This document shows positions 8,514-15,454 of a DNA stretch of 64,000 nucleotides, piece after piece. A program made the translations under genes and the position numbers. The DNA lies in IMG/VR virus record IMGVR_UViG_3300009506_000008, positions 37,021 through 101,020 of that record; one strand, 5' to 3'. Numbering within the stretch: position 1 is the first letter of the stretch; each line of letters opens with the position of its first letter. The notes below the pieces were generated by a model. The model was not told the DNA's origin, made no database searches, and worked only from the letters and a program-made list of their open reading frames with translations. Origin of the DNA: a virus.

Positions 8514-8669
8514 TTACTTGGCAGAGATACAGACTCTTTCCCCATCCGGCGAGGTCAGAATCATGTACTCTCCCTGTTGGAACGAGCAGGCGCGCTCGTT
8601 CTTTGTGGGTGTCGTCGCGCATCCTGCCAACAACAGGACGAACGCCAACGCGCTAATCATCGTTCGCAT
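8514..8669 (-). CDS. Small lipoprotein (51 aa; not in ORF track)
   Basis: MRTMISALAFVLLLAGC signal with lipobox LAGC; SD GGAGGT; two further Cys. Confidence 0.8.
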   Translation of the reverse strand: MRTMISALAFVLLLAGCATTPTKNERACSFQQGEYMILTSPDGERVCISAK

Positions 8670-8751
8670 AGGACTCACCTCCATTCTCCTACGGGTTGCG
8701 GGTTGAAGTACCGCAGAGAGGCGCGACCAAAGTCGTGCCCCTCGACGATGT

Positions 8752-9036
8752 TCAACCGAGCTGGCTTTCCAACACAGACTTGAGGATGTGGGACGTTCCG
8801 GTCAATTCCTCCGTGGACAATCCCTCGGACATTACCAACTCCAGCTTGTCGAGTTCCAGGATGCAATCGTCCAGGCTATACCTCCCGCAGTTCAACGCCG
8901 CGAGGAAGTTCCTGAAGGTGTTCACAATCTGCGCCGGTGTCATGGATATCTTCTCCACAGGATTCTCCACAGGGCACTGTTCAAACTCGGTGCCGCACAG
9001 TGAAGCGTTCGCATTCGGACAGTTTTCACAGAGCAT
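8752..9036 (-). CDS. Hypothetical protein, N-terminal Cys cluster
   Basis: CENC...LC...QC; SD AGGAGG. Confidence 0.75.
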   Translation of the reverse strand: MLCENCPNANASLCGTEFEQCPVENPVEKISMTPAQIVNTFRNFLAALNCGRYSLDDCILELDKLELVMSEGLSTEELTGTSHILKSVLESQLG

Positions 9037-9045
9037 TGGTACCTC

Positions 9046-9243
9046 CTAGATGCGTGTCAATGTTGGTCTAGGCCAAGCGGTTGGACGCCACTCGTACAGG
9101 TCACCGTCCTTGGTTAAGATATGCCAAGTTCCCATGTGAGGACCATTGTACTCGACAACCTCCATGCAGGACTTGTCCAGCATCTTGAACAAAATGTGTG
9201 AGTACAAACTGCCCTCCAAGTTCCGCATGTTCTTTGCTGCCAT
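9046..9243 (-). CDS. Hypothetical protein (65 aa)
   Basis: SD GGAGGAG. Confidence 0.75.
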   Translation of the reverse strand: MAAKNMRNLEGSLYSHILFKMLDKSCMEVVEYNGPHMGTWHILTKDGDLYEWRPTAWPRPTLTRI

Positions 9244-9254
9244 TCCACTCCTCC

Positions 9255-9440
9255 CTACCGGCTGACGTGGATTCCCCCAGGGGTAACCCAGTCGGCCTTG
9301 TTGTAGGCCAGCGCGAAGTCGCTTTGGACGTCTCGGAAGCAGATGAAGTAGTTCCAGCCCTGCTTCGCCAACATCGCTATGGCCCGCTTGCGGTCAGCCG
9401 CGTTTGCGTAGCCTCTGGTGTGTTCAATGATGCGCTTCAT
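9255..9440 (-). CDS. Hypothetical protein (61 aa)
   Basis: SD GAGG. Confidence 0.7.
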   Translation of the reverse strand: MKRIIEHTRGYANAADRKRAIAMLAKQGWNYFICFRDVQSDFALAYNKADWVTPGGIHVSR

Positions 9441-9442
9441 CT

Positions 9443-9646
9443 CTACCTCTTCTTTGACGACGTTACGTGAACTGTAACGTCTCCTCGGTGGTCGATGATG
9501 TCCTTCATTGCCTCTTTGGAGATTTCGTCCCCTGGCAACCACTCGATGCTGTTCGTGATCTTGGTGACCACGTACACAATCTTGGTCGGCTGGGGAATGT
9601 GGCGCTCGTGCGCCTCCACATGGAGAGTGACCGGCTTGTGCCTCAC
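9443..9646 (-). CDS. Hypothetical protein (GTG start)
   Basis: SD AGGAGG; GTGA overlap. Confidence 0.65.
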   Translation of the reverse strand: MRHKPVTLHVEAHERHIPQPTKIVYVVTKITNSIEWLPGDEISKEAMKDIIDHRGDVTVHVTSSKKR

Positions 9647-9810
9647 TTTTTCCTCCTGTTGAACCACTCCCCGCACTGGTTACACTTTCTGACAGTGTCG
9701 GACAGTGGTTTCACGTTGCGGGACTTGCACTTGGGGCACTGACCCCACCCCGTGTCAACTCCCTTGTTGTAGTGGACTCCTGCACGCTCGAAATTGGTCG
9801 AAAACGGCAT
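9643..9810 (-). CDS. Zinc-ribbon microprotein
   Basis: CPKC...CNQCG; SD GAGGAGG. Confidence 0.75.
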   Translation of the reverse strand: MPFSTNFERAGVHYNKGVDTGWGQCPKCKSRNVKPLSDTVRKCNQCGEWFNRRKK

Positions 9811-9882
9811 TTCTTGATCCTCCTCTGCTAGGGTTGACTGCCTGGGCCTGCCCTCGTCCAGAGACAAGGACAGGAACAGAGG

Positions 9883-10095
9883 TCAACGAGAGTGGTCGAG
9901 AGGAACCGGGACCATTGCCGATCCCAGCCAGTACAGGTAGCAGTTCAGCCCGTGTTGGGCAATAATGGCCTCGATCACCTTTTTGGCGCTCTTGGACGAC
10001 GTCGAACGGTGAATCGTGGCAAGGGCACGAGCCTTGCTGGCATCATCCGGCATGGACAACGCCGTTCTGATTCGGGACGGGATGGTTTCGGCCAT
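9883..10095 (-). CDS. Hypothetical protein (70 aa)
   Basis: TAATG overlap, SD AGGAG. Confidence 0.65.
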   Translation of the reverse strand: MAETIPSRIRTALSMPDDASKARALATIHRSTSSKSAKKVIEAIIAQHGLNCYLYWLGSAMVPVPLDHSR

Positions 10096-10262
10096 TACTT
10101 CACTCCTTGAACTGAGAGTTTGCACTTCTCACAGACCAGTTTCCGGGGATCGCTTGGAACGCCCTTTGCGGGATTCCAAACCATCACCTGTCGAGAGTCT
10201 CCAAAGGCCCATCCGCATTCAGTTGTACCCTTACCGTTTACGAGGTGAATTTTGTGCTTCAT
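10095..10262 (-). CDS. Zinc-finger microprotein (H..C..CxxC)
   Basis: KIHL...ECG...CEKC; SD GAGGAGG. Confidence 0.7.
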   Translation of the reverse strand: MKHKIHLVNGKGTTECGWAFGDSRQVMVWNPAKGVPSDPRKLVCEKCKLSVQGVK

Positions 10263-10369
10263 TAGAATCCTCCTCTCAGGGACAGCTGGTTCATGACGGG
10301 AGCCAAGTAGTACGCGGCCCCAACAGCGAGTGCTCCGAGCCAACCGATTGCCAGCCATACGACATTCAT
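10262..10369 (-). CDS. 35-aa single-TM peptide
   Basis: MNVVWLAIGWLGALAVGAAYYL; SD AAGGAGGT after the WGAA hairpin. Confidence 0.6.
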   Translation of the reverse strand: MNVVWLAIGWLGALAVGAAYYLAPVMNQLSLRGGF

Positions 10370-10442
10370 TTGAACCTCCTTCTGTTGTACCGCTTCAGCG
10401 GTAGTTGGCGGGCACCGAACTGGTCGATGCCCTACGGATGAC

Positions 10443-10577
10443 CTAACCAACAGCTTCGTCGTATTCACGCCATGCTGCACAGTGTGAATCACATCCGGGG
10501 CAGCTATCGTGGTCGCAATCCATGCAGGGATCGTCAATCTCGACAATCGTACCATCCGCCATAGTCGTCTCTCGCAT
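10443..10577 (-). CDS. 44-aa Cys-rich acidic microprotein
   Basis: CMDC...CPGC...C; TGATG overlap. Confidence 0.6.
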   Translation of the reverse strand: MRETTMADGTIVEIDDPCMDCDHDSCPGCDSHCAAWREYDEAVG

Positions 10578-10870
10578 CACTTTTCCTTTCTCCGTCGGAT
10601 AACCTTGGCCCCGTTCGCCAAGGCTTTCTCTTTGGCCTTCTCCAAAGCATGGTCGGCAAACGCCTTTCCGAAGGGATTCATCTGGTCGTAGCCGATCAAT
10701 TGGTCGCGCTCCTCTGCGCGATCCGCTTTGGCGATCAAACCCCGCAACTGCTTGGCGTCGTAGGTATATGGGTGGTACCGCTTCTCTTTCTTGATTCGGG
10801 GTTTGATCGGACTCTGCATCACCGGGTCTCTGCCGTTCCTTGGAGACCCCACACCAAATCTCTTCGACAT
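10577..10870 (-). CDS. Basic hypothetical protein (97 aa)
   Basis: SD AAGGAGGT; K/R rich. Confidence 0.75.
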   Translation of the reverse strand: MSKRFGVGSPRNGRDPVMQSPIKPRIKKEKRYHPYTYDAKQLRGLIAKADRAEERDQLIGYDQMNPFGKAFADHALEKAKEKALANGAKVIRRRKEK

Positions 10871-10884
10871 TCTTGAACCTCCTT

Positions 10885-11390
10885 GCAGCAATTGAACAGA
10901 ACGGGATACAGCTGAATTTTTCCGGGTAGGAACGGACATTGGAAAAGTCCATCTGAATCCTGTTCTACTCTTGGTCGTATAGGGGAGAAGCGTCGCGCAC
11001 GTGAGCTGGTCGTCCGATCCTCGCGGGTACGGCTAACGTCACCCCCCACCTAGCCCGTTGACCCCGCCGCTCCGCTCCAGGTGGGTTGCACCTATCTTGG
11101 CAGAGCTCCAACCCCGTGCGGCCTAGCTTGAACAGATGGCGTCGGCGCGGTATTGGAGAGGTGGCCTGCGTGGACTTCCGATACTCTTGGTGGCCCGTAT
11201 CGGGCGCAGGCTCGTTGGGTTAGGAAGTGAGCATATTTCGCCCAAATCCCGCGTGCTGCGACTCCCGTTGTCAAAGACCGATCCTGCGGTTGACCCCCCC
11301 TGACAGGGCGCTCCCGTGGCCGGAAGCGGCCTGTCAGGGGAAGGGTCGGCCTGGGCGGCCGATCCTTCCTGGATCCCGACTTGCGCGGTA
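10885..11390 (-). ncRNA. ~500-nt highly structured intergenic/leader RNA (family unassigned)
   Basis: No credible ORF; series of nested stems (GCCTGCG..CGCAGGC, CCGATAC..GTATCGG, CTCCAA..TTGGAG, CCCACCT..AGGTGGG, AGAACAGGAT..ATCCCGTTCT). Confidence 0.5.
11267..11279 (-). promoter_or_regulatory. boxA-like antitermination element
   Basis: GGTCTTTGACAAC on the minus strand, 8 nt 3' of a long hairpin; resembles rrn boxA (E. coli TGCTCTTTAACA). Confidence 0.6.
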
Positions 11391-11392
11391 GG

Positions 11393-11731
11393 CTAACTGG
11401 CGCGGTATTCTCCCGCTTTTTCGGCCGCTTGCATGGTCGCCTGGTTGAAGCTGAGGCTACCGTCGGCCGCTTCGATAACGATGGAACCGAATCTTTTCGC
11501 GAGGTGGCGAAGGTGGCACTTCACGCGGCCGATGAGCGCCTTATGGGCTTCTTGTCCGTGGCCGCCACGGCCGCTGTTTTTCCTTTGCGCTTGTGGGTAC
11601 TCGCCACCGGCTTTGCCGATGTGGAGCTCATCGGCAATACCGCGAATGTCACGGCCGCCAAACAGGATAAGGGAATCAATCCTGGCCGCCTGGGAGTCTA
11701 CATTGTGACCGAGAAAGTTTTTCTGTGACAT
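11393..11731 (-). CDS. First gene of leftward operon, possible DNA-binding protein
   Basis: SD AGAAAGG after a TGAG-loop hairpin; IRGIADEL...RVKCHLRHL resembles a split HTH (weak). Confidence 0.7.
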   Translation of the reverse strand: MSQKNFLGHNVDSQAARIDSLILFGGRDIRGIADELHIGKAGGEYPQAQRKNSGRGGHGQEAHKALIGRVKCHLRHLAKRFGSIVIEAADGSLSFNQATMQAAEKAGEYRAS

Positions 11732-11960
11732 GGTGTTCTACCTTTCTGACCGCCTCAGCGGCCGTCGGTTTCCGCGAATCGGGCTGATCCGCGGGGTGGA
11801 ACTTTTTATTTTTTAGTTATGCGCGAAGTGTGCCGAAGAGATGAAATCGCGCTGAAAAACATTGTTTGTTTCAGTCGGATCATCCCGCAATCAGCCGGAA
11901 TCGCCCGGAAACAAAGGGAAAAATTATTTTTGCCTATGCTAAGATTTCCAACAAAAATCA

Positions 11961-11976
11961 CGGCACATCAATTGCA
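11961..11976 (+). promoter_or_regulatory. sigma54 (-24/-12)-type promoter motif
   Basis: CGGCACATCAATTGCA = GG-N10-GC with GGCAC and TTGC. Confidence 0.55.
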
Positions 11977-12094
11977 CAGCAAACGATGTTTTCATGAAAT
12001 ACTGCGCGAACACACACACCTCATGGACGCAGTTTGCTCTTACAAGTGTTACAAACCAGGGACTTTTCCGCGAGAATACAGGCTTTTTTGCACT

Positions 12095-12135
12095 GTGCGA
12101 AATCGCGCACCCCTACTGCGCAGAATCGCGCAGTA
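12095..12135. promoter_or_regulatory. Tandem palindromic operator/enhancer sites
   Basis: GTGCGAAATCGCGCAC and TACTGCGCAGAATCGCGCAGTA, centres 22 bp apart. Confidence 0.55.
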
Positions 12136-12750
12136 TTCCAAGCAAAGCATGATTCGCGGTACTAGACTGGACAGCCCATCGCTTATCTATTACATAAGGG
12201 AAAACGAGTGTCAGTTGACAAACGCCACCTTTGCAGAAACAAACATGACACTTTCAGGGGATCAAGAAAAGGGAAAACGATACCTGAACGGGATGGGCGG
12301 GAATGTATGCAAAGGAAGTGTCAGGTTTCAGAGTAAGGGAATAGGGGAAAAGGTTCCGGCCATCCATACATACCGGCGATCAACAAAGAGCACAATGAAA
12401 TCCCTACCAACTGAAGAGACAATTGAGACGATGACACGATCAGTTCCACACTACGCTGTCAGGGGATTGATCGGCCTATTGTTGACACGGCCGATGCTGG
12501 TAGGGGTGTCCGATACCCGACCAAGGGAGGCAGGGTAAGCCGTTTGGGCCCCCGTAGGTAGTATCATCAGTAGGCCCCTGGTTATGAAAACCTTGGTTTA
12601 GTAAAGGAATCAGGGACATGCTAAGGTTGATACATGATTATTGAAAGAGATTAAAGAACAAAGAGTGAGGTGCCGATAAAGCCTGAAAAGGTTTTCATCA
12701 ATGTAGGGGGCTGGTTAAGTTGACGTTGACTTTTGCACATTTTCGTTGAC

Positions 12751-12785
12751 GAATACTCATGAAGTATTTTTTATCATGAGTATTC
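12751..12785. repeat. Perfect 12-bp inverted repeat with 11-bp AT-rich spacer
   Basis: GAATACTCATGA-AGTATTTTTTA-TCATGAGTATTC. Confidence 0.85.
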
Positions 12786-12884
12786 CGAATCTCCCCCGGT
12801 AAAAAATCTTCAAGGGAACGAAATCACCCGTTACGTCCAAGCGGTTATAGGATTTTTGGTCTCTTCCAAGGAAGGAAGGTGTTT

Positions 12885-13034
12885 TTGCCTGAAAAAGAGG
12901 TGTTGATTCTTCATGGAGAAAGCATCAATGATATTTTGTGTGTGTCAAATGCCGATGACATGTCCATAGTGGTATTGAACGCTATAGTGATGTTGATATT
13001 GATACTGGTCATTGATTCGTGGAGGAGGAAATAG
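12885..13034 (+). CDS. Possible 49-aa single-TM protein (TTG start)
   Basis: Purine-rich GGAAGGAAGG upstream; ...MSIVVLNAIVMLILILVIDSWRRK. Confidence 0.35.
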   Translation: MPEKEVLILHGESINDILCVSNADDMSIVVLNAIVMLILILVIDSWRRK

Positions 13035-13176
13035 GTGGTCTTGAATTGGTTTTGGATAGAAAATATGTGGTTTTGAATTCTATGGAAGAGAAAAAAGTGG
13101 TTTACATGCGAGTGACATGAGGTGTACCCTTTGTGATGTGAAGGACAAAAGGTTGTTTTGAACGGAGGACGATATT

Positions 13177-13857
13177 ATGCCAAGAACCAAGAACCCGAAC
13201 GGGAACAGAAGGGATCAAAAAGCCATACGGACCGAGTACGGGTACAAGTATGACTATGACGATGACAGGCATCCCCACTTGGCATACGTCGCTTGCGCCG
13301 AACATGGGCTAACAAACAGAGAGTTGGCCAAGTTGTTCGGGGTGGCGGAGAGTACCATCAAGAGCTGGATCAAGAATCATGAGCTCTTCGGGAGGGCTGT
13401 CAGGGACGGGAAAGACGAGTTCGACCTGGAAAAGGCCGAGAATGCCTTGTTCAGAAGAGTCACGGGGTTCGAGGTTGAGGAAACCAAAGTAGTGGACAAT
13501 GCCAAAAACGGCAGGACGGTGGAGGTAAGGAGGAAAACGATCCTGCCAGACGTGTTGGCTTGCATATTCTGGCTGAGAAACAGGAACTCCGAGCGTTGGA
13601 AGGATGTCAGGAACGTCAAACAAGACGGGCATGTCAAGCACGACCACGAGCACAGTTTCAAGGAGTCCAACGAGAGACTGGATCTCGACAAACTATCGGT
13701 AGAAGAGTTGGAGAACTTGCATGGCATCCTCGCCAAGGCGGAGAACCAAATTTCCCGCAAAAGGGAGTACGACCCAAAAGACTTCGAAGCCATCACTGCC
13801 GGACAGGATATTGGTGGAGAAGGCTCTCGCGGAAAGAGACCTCGGTCACTTCATTAG
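13177..13857 (+). CDS. terS: Terminase small subunit
   Basis: HTH GLTNRELAKLFGVAESTIKSW; PDVLACIFWLRNR motif; directly upstream of terL. Confidence 0.88.
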   Translation: MPRTKNPNGNRRDQKAIRTEYGYKYDYDDDRHPHLAYVACAEHGLTNRELAKLFGVAESTIKSWIKNHELFGRAVRDGKDEFDLEKAENALFRRVTGFEVEETKVVDNAKNGRTVEVRRKTILPDVLACIFWLRNRNSERWKDVRNVKQDGHVKHDHEHSFKESNERLDLDKLSVEELENLHGILAKAENQISRKREYDPKDFEAITAGQDIGGEGSRGKRPRSLH

Positions 13858-15454
13858 ACAAGCCTGGCATGTGTTAGAGCCAGGAACTCCGTACATTCAT
13901 GGTTGGCATATTGACGCTATAGGAGAGCATCTTCAGGCTGTTGACGAGGGGGAGATCCGCAGACTTTGCATCAACATTCCCCCTCGTCACATGAAGAGCA
14001 CCGAGGTAAGTGTCTGTTGGCCTGTATGGAGTTGGATTAAGCGACCTTGGATCCGGTGGTTGTTCTCTTCATATGCGTACAATCTGTCCATTCGAGACTC
14101 TGTCAAAGCGCGGCGTCTCATCAATTCTAGGTGGTTTCAAGACAGGTGGAGCGATAAGTTCCAGCTTGTAGGAGATCAGAACGAGAAAACACGGTATGAG
14201 AATGACAAGTCAGGATTCAGGATAGCCACTTCTGTAGGGGGACTTGGAACGGGGGAGGGGGGTGACAGAATAGTAGTAGACGACCCGCACAACGTCAGAG
14301 AAGCCGAATCAGACACTGTTCGAGGAGGCGTGGCGTTGTGGTGGGACGAGGTTATGAGCACTCGTATCAATAATCCCAACACAGGGGCCTTTGTCATCAT
14401 CATGCAGAGGGTTCACGACAACGACTTAGCTGGTCACGTGTTGGCAAAAGGGGGGTACACGCATTTGTGCCTTCCGGCGAGGTATGAGCCAAGGATACAG
14501 ATAGAGCTCCATGTACATCCAAGCACTGAATATCGCTTTCAAGACCCCCGTGTAGAACCGGGGGAGCTATTGTGGCCTGAGCGATTTGACGAGCGGGCTT
14601 TATCTGACATCGAAAAAGACCTCGGGGAGTATGCGGTCGCCGGCCAACTTCAACAGCGTCCCGCTCCCAGAGAAGGTGGTATTTTCAAGAAACATTGGTG
14701 GAGATTTTGGCAGCGTCCGGGTCAGAATCTTCCCGCAGTGACCTTTCAAAGATCGGACGGCGGTGGTTGGAACTGTCCTGTAGTAACCATTCCCCATGCG
14801 TTAGACGAAGAGTCCGTGGATCCCTTGAAATACGATCAATCTTGGGATATGTCCTTCAAGGACACGTCTTCGAGCGATATGGTCGTGGGGCAACTGTGGG
14901 CTCAGCCTATGCACCTGTGTGAAAATGGAGATGGGTTGACCTTCGGACCCGCTGATGCGTTCTTAATAGATGAGGTTCGAGGGCGCAAAAACTTTCCTGT
15001 CAGCGTGAAAGCTGTCATAGAGTTCAAACGGAAGTACCCAATGACGCGGAGGATTTGGGTAGAGGACAAAGCAAACGGTCCCGCCGTCATTGCTGTTCTC
15101 AAGTCCCAGATCCCCGGCCTCATTGCGGTTACTCCGCAGGGCGACAAAGAGGCGCGAGCTTCTGCTTGCACTTTTGCCATTGAATCGGGTAATGTGTATC
15201 TCCCTCACCCCCACAATGCTCCTTGGATTTTGGACTGGATCGACGAGTTAGGGGGCTTTCCCAAGAAGACATTCGATGACCGAGTCGATGCTGCAACTCA
15301 GGCTCTGCTGAAGTTAGTGGTGAAAGCGGCAGGCATCCGGCTAGGGGGTCAGCAGCACTGGATACGGTCGTTGATGAAGAAACCAAAGGGTCCGATGGGC
15401 TTTGTCGCTAAGAAACGCGGTGCTCAGATAGGAGGCATCAGTTATGGCAGATAG
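13721..15454 (+). CDS. terL: Terminase large subunit
   Basis: INIPPRHMKST Walker A, IVVDDPH Walker B, nuclease motifs SWDMSF, VEDKANG, DDRVDA. Confidence 0.97.
   Translation: MASSPRRRTKFPAKGSTTQKTSKPSLPDRILVEKALAERDLGHFIRQAWHVLEPGTPYIHGWHIDAIGEHLQAVDEGEIRRLCINIPPRHMKSTEVSVCWPVWSWIKRPWIRWLFSSYAYNLSIRDSVKARRLINSRWFQDRWSDKFQLVGDQNEKTRYENDKSGFRIATSVGGLGTGEGGDRIVVDDPHNVREAESDTVRGGVALWWDEVMSTRINNPNTGAFVIIMQRVHDNDLAGHVLAKGGYTHLCLPARYEPRIQIELHVHPSTEYRFQDPRVEPGELLWPERFDERALSDIEKDLGEYAVAGQLQQRPAPREGGIFKKHWWRFWQRPGQNLPAVTFQRSDGGGWNCPVVTIPHALDEESVDPLKYDQSWDMSFKDTSSSDMVVGQLWAQPMHLCENGDGLTFGPADAFLIDEVRGRKNFPVSVKAVIEFKRKYPMTRRIWVEDKANGPAVIAVLKSQIPGLIAVTPQGDKEARASACTFAIESGNVYLPHPHNAPWILDWIDELGGFPKKTFDDRVDAATQALLKLVVKAAGIRLGGQQHWIRSLMKKPKGPMGFVAKKRGAQIGGISYGR

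Larger units (their letters stand above)
2062..11763 (-). repeat. Dispersed structural repeat: long irregular hairpin plus 6-bp WGAN-loop hairpin before SD
   Basis: Long hairpins at 2084-2140, 4257-4311, 5311-5369, 6441-6503, 8701-8757, 9833-9887, 11288-11351; short hairpins at 2062-2077, 4234-4249, 5296-5311, 6420-6435, 7428-7443, 10388-10403, 11748-11763. Confidence 0.85.

Noticed and set aside
2062-11763. CRISPR array interpretation of the dispersed repeats
   Set aside because: Copies are kilobases apart, conserved in structure rather than sequence, and no cas genes are present
13101-13130. Possible terS promoter TTTACA-18-TACCCT
   Set aside because: Weak -10 and non-optimal spacing; not distinguishable from chance in an AT-rich region
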